Positions 36,533 to 45,024 of a stretch of 64,000 nucleotides of DNA are shown here, one piece after another. This DNA comes from Thermoplasmata archaeon. GTDB lineage: Archaea; Thermoplasmatota; Thermoplasmata; Lutacidiplasmatales; UBA184. The position numbers and the translations under genes are program-made. The stretch is from positions 15,409-79,408 of the forward strand of contig DAHUXZ010000005.1 of the NCBI GenBank assembly GCA_027315455.1. Reading direction: 5' to 3'. Positions within the stretch are counted from its first letter, which is position 1. The number at the start of each line of letters is the position of its first letter. The notes under the pieces were generated by a model. The model saw nothing but the letters and a program-made list of their open reading frames with translations, had not been told where the DNA came from and made no database searches.

Positions 36533-36955
36533 ATGGGGAACCTTGCGATGGCCCTGCCGAACGCTCCGGAGACCGCGTCCCCGGACCGTTCCGCGGTCCT
36601 CCTGGTCGGAGAGGGCGAGATGCGGGTGCTCCTCCGCGGGCTCCTTCGCCTGAGCCGGTTTCGGGTCGTCGGCGAAGCGGCCACCTGGGAGGAGGCTCGG
36701 CGGCTCCTTGCCGCGGAGCGGCCGGGCCTTCTGCTCGTGGACGAACCGCGCGACGCAGGCGCCCTGCTCGCCCAGGTCGCGGCCGAGCGCGGCCGGTGGC
36801 CGCGGGTGCGGCTGGTCGTCATCACCGCAGCGGCGCGGGTGGGCCCCATGACGGACGGGGCCGACGCGAACCTGCCCCGGCCGTTCCGGCTCCGGGATTT
36901 CGCCCGGGCGATCGACCCCGCCGGCCTCCCGCCCGACCGGGCGGCCGACGCCTGA
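36533..36955 (+). CDS. single-domain CheY-like receiver protein with atypical active-site residues
   Basis: 140 aa. The (beta-alpha)5 pattern AVLLVGEGEMRVLLRGLL...PGLLLVDEP...RLVVITAA...LPRPFRL is present. GEGE replaces the usual DD/DE pair, and PRPF replaces KPF. Confidence 0.55.
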   Translation: MGNLAMALPNAPETASPDRSAVLLVGEGEMRVLLRGLLRLSRFRVVGEAATWEEARRLLAAERPGLLLVDEPRDAGALLAQVAAERGRWPRVRLVVITAAARVGPMTDGADANLPRPFRLRDFARAIDPAGLPPDRAADA

Positions 36956-36976
36956 GACCGGGCCCCGCCGTCGGTC

Positions 36977-37801
36977 CTACCCGGGCGGCGGCGCGCCGGA
37001 CGTCGCCCCGGACGCTCCGCCCGGAATGGGGCCGGCCGATCGGAACCGCTCGAGCGCGGCCGCCTCCTCGAAATGGAGCTCGGGGGCCGGGATGACGAGC
37101 GCGTGGAGGGGGGGACCGAACTCCTCCTCGGCGAGGCGTTCGCGCGGTCCGTACCATCCCCGGGCCCCGTCGGTGCCGACGCGGGCCGCGACGGCGACCT
37201 CGAGCCCGGGGGGGAAGCGGCCGAGGCCGCCGTCGCGCTCGGCGAGGATGCGGATCGCCTCGGCGGCCCCGAGGTAGCGGCCCTCGGCGGGGCGCAGGTC
37301 GAGGAGGACGAGGGTGTGCAGGCCGGCGCGTCGGTTCGCGTCGATCATCTCGAGGGGGGAGGTCGGGGTGAAATGCGCCTCGGGGAACGGGAGCGAGACG
37401 ATGCGCCCGAAGCGGTAGTGCTGGAGGCCGAGGTAGCTCGCGGCCGCGGTGAGGATGCTCGCGTTCGGAAGGTAGCGCCAGGTGTGGCCGGCGCGCTCGG
37501 CGGCGAGGCGCAGCGCGACGTGGGTCGTGGCGGCGAACGGGTCGCCCGGGACGAGGAACCCGACCCGGGCGACCCGGTCGAGGGCGGCCAGGATCTCCCG
37601 CGGCTCCTCGACGGCGGCCCGGTCGAGGCACCGGATCGGTCGGCCGACGTCCCGGGAAAGGCGGTCGACGGCTCCCGGGTCGAGCCGCGCGGTGTACTCC
37701 TCGCAGAAGAGCGCGTCGCAGTCCCTCAGGACCGCGAGCGCCCGGCGCGAAAGGTCGCGCTCGTCCCCCAGGCCGGCCCCGACGAAGACGATCTCCCCCA
37801 T
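36977..37801 (-). CDS. dph5: diphthine synthase
   Basis: 274 aa from ATG 37801. IVFVGAGLGDERDLSRRALAVLRDCDALFCEEYT...GFLVPGDPFAATTH...LPNASI. Confidence 0.9.
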   Translation of the reverse strand: MGEIVFVGAGLGDERDLSRRALAVLRDCDALFCEEYTARLDPGAVDRLSRDVGRPIRCLDRAAVEEPREILAALDRVARVGFLVPGDPFAATTHVALRLAAERAGHTWRYLPNASILTAAASYLGLQHYRFGRIVSLPFPEAHFTPTSPLEMIDANRRAGLHTLVLLDLRPAEGRYLGAAEAIRILAERDGGLGRFPPGLEVAVAARVGTDGARGWYGPRERLAEEEFGPPLHALVIPAPELHFEEAAALERFRSAGPIPGGASGATSGAPPPG

Positions 37802-37806
37802 CGGGA

Positions 37807-38607
37807 CTACCCGCGGACGGCCATCACGGGGCACGGCGCGCCGCGGAACAGCTCCTCGAGGAAGCGTCGGGTGATCTGGATCCCCCCGCCCTCGCTCTCC
37901 TCGGCGACGAGGAGAAGGCCGTAGCGCTCCCGCGCGGCCGCGGTCAGGACCAGCTCGGCGAGGCGGTTGCCGGCGCTCAGGCGCAGGCCGCGCAAAAAGA
38001 CGGGCCGGTGCTGGATCGGGACGCCCCGCGGCGACCGCTTCGGCCCCTGGGCGGCGAGCGCGGCGGCCTCGCCCGCGAGATGCAGGGAGATGATCGGCAC
38101 CCCGTGGCGGCGGACCGAGATCTCCTCGGCGAGCCGAAGGGCGCGCGGGTCGGGGTGGGCCCCGAGCCAGGGCACGAGGATCCGCTGGACCTTCTCCTCG
38201 GCGAGCGCGAGGCGGTTCACGACGATGACGTCGGCCCGGCTGTGGTGGAGGATGCTCGAGGCGGTGTGGCCCACGAACGGGTTGCGGCTGCGACGGTCGC
38301 CGCGCAGGGTCATCAGGATCGCCTCGACCCCGTGGGTCTCGGCGCTCTCGAGGATCTCGCCGACGACATCCGTCGACGCGCGGACCTCCGGGTCGACCCG
38401 GACGTCGAGCGCCGCCGATGCCTCGTGGGCGGGGACCACGATGTTGACCGAGTCCCGCCACTGGCGCGTCACCGCCGGCAGCGTCGTCGTGGGGATCACG
38501 TGGAGGAGCCGGATCTCGCCGTCGGGCTCCAGGAGGCCGGAGGCGAAGCGGATCATCGGCTCGACGACGGAGGGCTCGCTCACGGGGATCAGGATGCGTC
38601 GGTACAC
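37807..38607 (-). CDS. tandem universal stress protein (2 x UspA domains)
   Basis: 266 aa. MYRRILIPVSEP... and ...QRILVPWLGAHPD... begin the two Usp domains. It ends ...APCPVMAVRG and starts 1 nt after the kdpC stop. Confidence 0.8.
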   Translation of the reverse strand: MYRRILIPVSEPSVVEPMIRFASGLLEPDGEIRLLHVIPTTTLPAVTRQWRDSVNIVVPAHEASAALDVRVDPEVRASTDVVGEILESAETHGVEAILMTLRGDRRSRNPFVGHTASSILHHSRADVIVVNRLALAEEKVQRILVPWLGAHPDPRALRLAEEISVRRHGVPIISLHLAGEAAALAAQGPKRSPRGVPIQHRPVFLRGLRLSAGNRLAELVLTAAARERYGLLLVAEESEGGGIQITRRFLEELFRGAPCPVMAVRG

Positions 38608-38608
38608 G

Positions 38609-39247
38609 TCAGCTCCCGAGGACCGTGAGGAGGGCCAGGTCGAGCACGATGACGTTGACGTACGTCGGGCCGAAGAGGCCGAGGGCCGGCGCCTGCGTGT
38701 GGGCGTCGACGAGCCCGACGAGGACGCCGTCGCTCAGGTGCGTCGCCGCGGCGACCCGCGGGATCTGCACGAGCACCGCGCCCGGGGTGAGGTCCGGGTC
38801 GAGCCCGCTCTCGGACGGGCTCACGAGGTCGATGGGGACCGTCGCGTTGCCGAGCCCGTAGTGCGCGATCGCTTCCCGGGTGGCGTTGAGCAGCGCCGGG
38901 TCCGTGGGACCGTAGGCCGAGCTGCCGCTCGTCGAGAGGGCGGACCAGTCGGTCAGCGAGGGCCGGAGCCAGAAGAGGGAGGCGTTCGAGATGTTCTGCC
39001 CGAGGAGCTCGGAGGCGATCTCCGAGGCGCTCCCGGGCGCGACGGGCGTGCCGGCCGGGGCGAGGGGCCCGAGGAGGTGGGCGAACCCTCCGATCGCGCC
39101 GGTGTAGCCGAGGCTGGCGAGGAGGAGGACGGTAAGGAGGAGCCCCAGCACCGCCCGGGCGGACGGGGGGCGGAACGGCGGCTCGGGGACGAGGCCGGTC
39201 GGGCCCTCGCCGCCCGCGGGCGCGAGCGACGTGGGGGCCGCGCTCAC
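38609..39247 (-). CDS. kdpC: potassium-transporting ATPase subunit KdpC
   Basis: 212 aa. N-terminal TM helix, then ...SESGLDPDLTPGAVLVQIPRVAAA...GPTYVNVIVLDLAL matches conserved KdpC blocks. Confidence 0.85.
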   Translation of the reverse strand: MSAAPTSLAPAGGEGPTGLVPEPPFRPPSARAVLGLLLTVLLLASLGYTGAIGGFAHLLGPLAPAGTPVAPGSASEIASELLGQNISNASLFWLRPSLTDWSALSTSGSSAYGPTDPALLNATREAIAHYGLGNATVPIDLVSPSESGLDPDLTPGAVLVQIPRVAAATHLSDGVLVGLVDAHTQAPALGLFGPTYVNVIVLDLALLTVLGS

Positions 39248-41352
39248 AGCGCCCCCAGAAGGTGGGCGAGGCCGGCGCCGGTCGCGACGAAGAACGGGAG
39301 GCCCTCGAGGTAGCCGAGGAGCAGGTAGAGGAGCTTGATCCCGACGAACGCGCTCACGAGGCCCCCCCCGCCATAGATGAGGAGGTTGCGGCGCAAAAGG
39401 TCAACGGCCGACTGCGGGCGGAACGACACCCCCCGCAGGGCGAGCGGGATGAGCATCGGGATCATGAGCGCGTTGAACAGAAGGGTCGCGAGCACGGCGA
39501 GGGCGGGGTTGGAAAGCTGCAGGAGGTTGAGCGCCGCGACCCCCCCGAGGCCGGCGAGGAGCCCGGGGACGATGGCGAAGTACTTCGCGACGTCGTTCGT
39601 GATCGAGAAGGTGGTGAGGGCTCCGCGCGTGATGAGCAGCTGCTTTCCGATCGAGATGACCTCGATGAGCTTCGTGGGGTCGGAGTCGAGGTCGACCATG
39701 TTCCCGGCCTCCTTCGCCGCCGAGGTCCCGCTGTTCATCGCGAGGCCGACGTCGGCGCGTGCGAGGGCGGGGGCGTCGTTCGTCCCGTCGCCGCTCATGG
39801 CGACCAGGTGACCGTACTGCTTCTCCCGGTTGATCAGCGAGAGCTTCGTCTCCGGCTTCGCCTCGGCGATGTACTCGTCGACGCCGCTCTCCTTCGCGAT
39901 CGCCTCCGCGGTCAGCCGGTTGTCGCCGGTGCACATCACCGTGCGGATCCCCATCACCTTGAGGTCCTGCAGGCGGTCGCGGATGCCGGGCTTGACGACG
40001 TCCTTCAGGATGACGAGCCCGACGATCCGCCGCGACACGGTGATCACGAGCGGGGTCATCCCTTCGCGGGCCGCGGTCTGCGCGGCCTTGCGCGTCTCGG
40101 GCGGGAGGGCGCCGGCGTACTGCTCGATCGCCGAGACGGACCCCTTCATCGCCTCGGTCCCGTCGCTCAGCCGGATGCCGGACATGCGCCGCTCGGCGGT
40201 GAAGGGGATGACCTGGACCTGGTCCATGGAGACCTTCTCGGCCTGGGCGCCGCGCAGCCCCGCGAGGCGGACGATGGATCGGCCCTCGGGCGTCTCGTCG
40301 AACGCCGAGACGAGGAGGGCGGCGCGCATCACGGAGGCGAGGTCCTCCCCCGGCGAGGGGATGAACTGGACCGCGAGCCGATTGCCGACGGTGATCGTCC
40401 CGGTCTTGTCCAGGATCAGCACGTCCAGGTCGCCCGCGGCCTCGACGGCCCGACCGGACTTCGCGACGACGTTCGCCCGGGCGACCCGGTTCACTCCGGA
40501 GATCCCCACCGCCGAGAGGAGCCCGCCGATGGTCGTCGGGATCAGGCAGACGATGAGGGCGATCAGGGTGGCGAGGTTGACCTCGCCGAGCGCGGTCCCC
40601 CGCAGGAGGTAGGCGAAGGAGAGGACGACCAGCAGGAGGGCCGTGGACAGCGCCGAAAGGATGATCGTGAGGGCGACCTCGTTCGGGCTCTTCTCGCGGC
40701 GGGTCCCCTCCACCAGCTGGATCATCCGGTCGAGGAAGCTCGTCCCCGGCTCGCTCGTGACCCGGACGGTGACCGTCCCCTGGAGGACCCGGCTCCCGCC
40801 GAGGACGCTCGTGTGGTCGCCACCGCTCTCGCGCAGGACCGCGGCCGACTCGCCGGTCATCATCGACTCGTCGATGAGGGCGGCCCCGGCGATCACGTCG
40901 CCGTCCACCGCGATGACGTCCCCCGGGCCGGCCTCCATCCGGTCCCCGACGTGGAGGCGGCCGCTCGGCACCCAGATCCGCTGTCCATCGGGCAGGACCT
41001 GGCGGGCCTTGAGACCGCTGCGCGTCTCGCGCAGGCTGTCGGCCTGGACCTTCGCCTGCGCCTCGGCGATCGCCTCGGCGACGTTGGAGAACCAGACCGT
41101 GGCGAACAGGACGAGCGTGACGAGGAGGTAGTAGACGCGGTCGAACCCCGGGCCCGAGACGTCCGGGAACGCCCCGGGGACGAGGGTGACCGCCAGCACG
41201 AGGAAGAAGTAGACGTAGACGACGAACATCACCGGGTTGCGGATCTGCTCGCGCGGGGAGAACTTGCGGATCGACTGGACGATCACCCGGGAGAGGCTCG
41301 TGTGCGGGCGGCGCTGGACGCTGACCCGGGCCGCCCCCGTCGTGCCGGCCAT
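39244..41352 (-). CDS. kdpB: potassium-transporting P-type ATPase catalytic subunit KdpB
   Basis: 702 aa. DKTGTIT phosphorylation motif, MCTGDN, GDGTNDAPAL. Confidence 0.95.
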   Translation of the reverse strand: MAGTTGAARVSVQRRPHTSLSRVIVQSIRKFSPREQIRNPVMFVVYVYFFLVLAVTLVPGAFPDVSGPGFDRVYYLLVTLVLFATVWFSNVAEAIAEAQAKVQADSLRETRSGLKARQVLPDGQRIWVPSGRLHVGDRMEAGPGDVIAVDGDVIAGAALIDESMMTGESAAVLRESGGDHTSVLGGSRVLQGTVTVRVTSEPGTSFLDRMIQLVEGTRREKSPNEVALTIILSALSTALLLVVLSFAYLLRGTALGEVNLATLIALIVCLIPTTIGGLLSAVGISGVNRVARANVVAKSGRAVEAAGDLDVLILDKTGTITVGNRLAVQFIPSPGEDLASVMRAALLVSAFDETPEGRSIVRLAGLRGAQAEKVSMDQVQVIPFTAERRMSGIRLSDGTEAMKGSVSAIEQYAGALPPETRKAAQTAAREGMTPLVITVSRRIVGLVILKDVVKPGIRDRLQDLKVMGIRTVMCTGDNRLTAEAIAKESGVDEYIAEAKPETKLSLINREKQYGHLVAMSGDGTNDAPALARADVGLAMNSGTSAAKEAGNMVDLDSDPTKLIEVISIGKQLLITRGALTTFSITNDVAKYFAIVPGLLAGLGGVAALNLLQLSNPALAVLATLLFNALMIPMLIPLALRGVSFRPQSAVDLLRRNLLIYGGGGLVSAFVGIKLLYLLLGYLEGLPFFVATGAGLAHLLGAL

Positions 41353-41359
41353 CGCCTCC

Positions 41360-43045
41360 TCAGAGGCCCCCTTGGCCGAACGGACCGAGGACGAGGAACG
41401 GAAGGAAGATGAGCCCGCTCAGGACGAGGATGAACCCGATGAGGTAGACGGTGAACGTCCCCGAATCGGTCTTGAGCGTCCCGGGGCCGGGCGGGAGCGG
41501 GGTCTGGCGGGCGAGGGAGCCGCCGATCGCGAGCATCGCGAGGATCGGCAGGTAGCGGGAGAAGAGCATCACGCCGGCGCCGGCGAGGTTGAAGAACGGC
41601 GAGGTGTCGGCGATCGGCCCCATGGCGCTCCCGTTGTTCGCCGACTCGCTCGTGAACTCGTAGAGGAGGGTCGTGAAGGCGTGGGCCGTCGTTCCCTGGG
41701 CCACGGTCCCGAGTCCGATGCCGTAGGCCACGGCGAGCGGGACCAGGATGGCGAACGGGTGGGAGAGGATCGTGATCGCCGCCCACTTGATCTCCCCGCG
41801 GCCGACCTTCTTTCCGAGGTACTCCGGGGTCCGCCCGACCATGAGGCCGCCCACGAAGATCTCGAGCAGGGCGTTCATGAGGAGCATGCCGAAGCCGGTC
41901 CCGTCCCCGCCGGGGGTCGCCTGGAGGAGCATCCCCCAGACGAGGACGAGCTGGGCCCCGGGCGTGAGCGAGCCGAGCGACATCGACGTGGCCCCCACGT
42001 TCGCGTACACGCTCGCCACCTGGAACAGCCCGCTCTCGGGCAGGGTGAACCGGACCTCGGCGCCGTAGAGGTAGCCGTTGCCTTGGCTCACGGGAACGCC
42101 GGTGAGGAAGCCGTTGCCGGACTCGAAGAAGATGAACAGCGCGACGGCGACCAGGAAGATGACGAGGACCGTGGTGAGGAGCGGCCAGGACTCCGTCGGT
42201 CGGCGGACCATCGCCCCGAACATGAACGGCGTCGCGAACGGGATGAGCAGCATCAATAGGATCGCGAGGTCGTTCGTCGCCGCGCTCGGGTTCTGGAGCG
42301 GATGGCCCGCGTTCGCGCCGAAGTAGCCGCCCCCGTTCGTCCCGAGGAACTCGATCGCGTTCCAGGACCCGACCGGGCCGGTCGCCGCGAGCGAGCTCCC
42401 GCCCCCCGGGGCGTGGAGGAGGACCGTCTGGGAGAGGGTGTCGGGCACGCCGAGCAGCACGAACAGGCCCCCCGCGACCAGCGACAGCGGCAAAAGGACC
42501 CGGACGAGGCTCGCCGTCACGTCGACCCAGAAGTTGCCGATCCGTCCGTCCCGGCGGACGAAGCCCCGGATGAAGGCGGCCACGACGGAGAGCCCGGTCG
42601 CGGCCGAGACGAACATGAGCATCTGCAGGCCGAGGAGGCTGGAGAGCAGCGAGACCTGGCTCTCGGGGGCGTAGTGCTGGAAGTCGGTGTTGGTGACGAA
42701 CGACGCGCTGGTGTGGAAGGCGAGGTCCCAGCTCATCCCGGGCACGCGCAGCCCGTTGCCGGGAAGGGGCCCCTGGAGGAGGAGGAGCACAAAGACGAAG
42801 GCCATCGCCGCGGCGTTGAACAGCAGAAGGTTCGCCGCGTACTCCTTCCACCCCATCGCCCGGCGCGGGTCGACCCCGAGCAGCCGGTAGATGGCGCGTT
42901 CGAGGGGCGAGAACAGGCCGTCGAAGGCCGTCGGCCGCCCGAGGTAGACGCGGGCCATGTACCGGCCCACCGGGGCCGCGAGGAGGAGGCCGATGGCGAT
43001 GAGGAGACCCACCTCGATGAGGGAGGGGGTGGAGAAGACCGGCAC
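41360..43045 (-). CDS. kdpA: potassium-transporting ATPase subunit KdpA
   Basis: 561 aa polytopic protein with KdpA-typical blocks (TNTDFQHY, GTNGGGYFGANAGHP, GATSMSLG). It sits directly upstream of kdpB. Confidence 0.93.
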   Translation of the reverse strand: MPVFSTPSLIEVGLLIAIGLLLAAPVGRYMARVYLGRPTAFDGLFSPLERAIYRLLGVDPRRAMGWKEYAANLLLFNAAAMAFVFVLLLLQGPLPGNGLRVPGMSWDLAFHTSASFVTNTDFQHYAPESQVSLLSSLLGLQMLMFVSAATGLSVVAAFIRGFVRRDGRIGNFWVDVTASLVRVLLPLSLVAGGLFVLLGVPDTLSQTVLLHAPGGGSSLAATGPVGSWNAIEFLGTNGGGYFGANAGHPLQNPSAATNDLAILLMLLIPFATPFMFGAMVRRPTESWPLLTTVLVIFLVAVALFIFFESGNGFLTGVPVSQGNGYLYGAEVRFTLPESGLFQVASVYANVGATSMSLGSLTPGAQLVLVWGMLLQATPGGDGTGFGMLLMNALLEIFVGGLMVGRTPEYLGKKVGRGEIKWAAITILSHPFAILVPLAVAYGIGLGTVAQGTTAHAFTTLLYEFTSESANNGSAMGPIADTSPFFNLAGAGVMLFSRYLPILAMLAIGGSLARQTPLPPGPGTLKTDSGTFTVYLIGFILVLSGLIFLPFLVLGPFGQGGL

Positions 43046-43066
43046 GGGGCTCCCGGGGGTGCCGGC

Positions 43067-43180
43067 TCAGAACCGGGTGGGGTTCGCCATGGCGTAGAGG
43101 AGGTATCCGATGACCCCGATGGAGATCCCCGTGAAGACCACGAGGCCGAGGTTCGCCCAGAGGACCGCTAGCACCGACAT
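43067..43180 (-). CDS. kdpF: KdpF small subunit (not in supplied ORF track)
   Basis: The reverse strand encodes the 37-aa MSVLAVLWANLGLVVFTGISIGVIGYLLYAMANPTRF, a single TM helix with a KdpF-like YLLYAM..P..F ending. It lies 21 nt upstream of kdpA. Confidence 0.7.
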   Translation of the reverse strand: MSVLAVLWANLGLVVFTGISIGVIGYLLYAMANPTRF

Positions 43181-43206
43181 CCGGCCGCCGGCGACTTCGC
43201 CGGTGG

Positions 43207-43216
43207 CTATTTAGAA
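43207..43216 (-). promoter_or_regulatory. TATA box of the kdpFABC-usp operon
   Basis: The reverse strand reads ttctaaatagcc. The TATA centre is ~31 nt upstream of the kdpF ATG (43180), consistent with a leaderless or short-leader transcript. Confidence 0.45.
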
Positions 43217-43241
43217 TCGTCCCCCGGACCGGGGGTCCATG

Positions 43242-44999
43242 CTAGGGTGTCGCGGGGGGCGGACCCCCGTCCCCCGGGGCCGGTAAAGACTCCCCTGGGG
43301 GGTCGCGGGTTCCCTCCTTCGCCGCCTGCCGGCGCGCGGCCGCGCTGAGGCGGCGGACGATGCGACCCATCGCCTCCTCCCGGCGCCCCTCCGCCCGCTG
43401 GTACGCCACGTCCCGCGTCTCTTCCGTCAGCAGCACGACGACCCGCCCCAGGGAGCTGCGTCCGGTCCGTCCGCGCCGCTGGATCGCCCGGATCTCGCTC
43501 GGCACGGCCTCGAAGAAGACGACGAGGTCGACGTCCGGCACGTCCAGCCCCTCCTCGGCGACGCTGCTCGCGACCATGATCGGGAACCGGCCGCTGCGGA
43601 ACGCGGCGAGGACGTGCGCCTGCTCCTTCTGGCTCATCCCGCGGTCGTCCGCGTCCCGGGACGCCTGCCCGACGAACCGGCCGACGCTCCAGCCCTGGGA
43701 TTCGAGCCGCTCCTGGATCCCGAGGATCGTGTCGCGGTACTGGGCGAAGACGAGGACCCGGGGGGGCCGGTCCGGCGACCGGGCGAACTCGGCGTCGAGG
43801 ACCCGGACGAGCGCGTCGAGCTTCGGGTGGAACGACGCCGTCCTCTCCCCAAGGAAGCGCTGGGCCTCGTTCAGCGCCTGGACGACCTCGGGATGGCGCA
43901 GGAAGGCGAGGTCGCCCCGGGACGGCTTCGGCTTCGCCCGCACCCGCTCGACGTACTGCCGGAACGGCTCCATCCCCTGGGTCTCGAGGCGCTCCTGGGA
44001 GTGGTGTAGGTGGAGGAGGATGAGCTGGTGGAACAGCGGCCCGAACTTCCGGGTCATCGGTCCCGGCCGGGCGAAGATCTCCGCGCGCAGCGCGATCAGG
44101 TCCTTGATGGAGAGGCGGGCGATCGGCTTCTTCCTCAGGTAGCCCATCTTCTGCAGGCTCCGGGCCTCGGCGTGACGGGCCTCGGCGAGGAGGGCGCGGA
44201 CGCTCTCGAGCTCCGGCGGGAGACGCACCCAGACCTGCTGGATCTCGACGGGCTGGACGAACTCCTTGACCCCGGGGTCGTCGCGGGTCCGGGCCTCCAC
44301 CCGGCCCACCCCGAGGGCGCCGACGACCTCCTCGATCCTCTCGTCCCGGCCGCCGGGGGACGCGGTGAGCCCGAGCAGCCGGGCGTCCCGCGGCCGCTCG
44401 AGCCGGAACCGGGCGGCGATCGGAACGTAGGCGTACTTGCCGACGGCGTGGTGGGCCTCGTCGACGACCAGCAGCGTGACGTCGGAGAGGTCGTAGCGAC
44501 CGGCGCCGAGGTCGTTCATGACGATCTCCGGAGTGGCGAAGACGACGTCGGCGTCCGTCCATCGACCGACCCGGACGGGCCGCTGGACCGTGCCGGTGAA
44601 CCGGACGCTCGAGAGGCGAACGAACCAGCTCGCGAACGACTCGGCATGCTGCTGGACCAGCGGGCGCGTCGGCGCGAGGAACACCACTTTCCCCGGTCCC
44701 CGCCGAAGGATCTCGGCGGCGAGGAGCGCCGCGATGACGGTCTTCCCGAGCCCCGTCGGAAGGACGACCAGAAGGTCCGCCCCGAGGCCGACGCGGGCGA
44801 GGTCGAGCTGGAACGGGAGCGCCCGGAGCGTTCGGGGCTTGAGGAGCGGATGGACGACAAAGCCGTCCACCACCTGCCAGACCCCGGGAAGCGCCGGCGG
44901 CCGGGGGCGGCCGACGGGCGCCGCCGGCGCGGTGGCCGGCTCGCTCCCGTCGTAGAACTCCTCGAGCCGATGCTGGGGCGGCCGGGCGGGAGGGCTCAT
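43242..44999 (-). CDS. hef: Hef/FANCM-family superfamily-2 helicase (helicase module only)
   Basis: 585 aa from ATG 44999. LVVLPTGLGKT (motif I), FLAPTRPLVQQH, VVDEAHHAVG (DEAH), QRRGRTGR (motif VI). No ERCC4 nuclease or HhH2 region follows. Confidence 0.75.
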   Translation of the reverse strand: MSPPARPPQHRLEEFYDGSEPATAPAAPVGRPRPPALPGVWQVVDGFVVHPLLKPRTLRALPFQLDLARVGLGADLLVVLPTGLGKTVIAALLAAEILRRGPGKVVFLAPTRPLVQQHAESFASWFVRLSSVRFTGTVQRPVRVGRWTDADVVFATPEIVMNDLGAGRYDLSDVTLLVVDEAHHAVGKYAYVPIAARFRLERPRDARLLGLTASPGGRDERIEEVVGALGVGRVEARTRDDPGVKEFVQPVEIQQVWVRLPPELESVRALLAEARHAEARSLQKMGYLRKKPIARLSIKDLIALRAEIFARPGPMTRKFGPLFHQLILLHLHHSQERLETQGMEPFRQYVERVRAKPKPSRGDLAFLRHPEVVQALNEAQRFLGERTASFHPKLDALVRVLDAEFARSPDRPPRVLVFAQYRDTILGIQERLESQGWSVGRFVGQASRDADDRGMSQKEQAHVLAAFRSGRFPIMVASSVAEEGLDVPDVDLVVFFEAVPSEIRAIQRRGRTGRSSLGRVVVLLTEETRDVAYQRAEGRREEAMGRIVRRLSAAARRQAAKEGTRDPPGESLPAPGDGGPPPATP

Positions 45000-45024
45000 C
45001 CGAGGACCGGGCGGGGGCCGCGCG

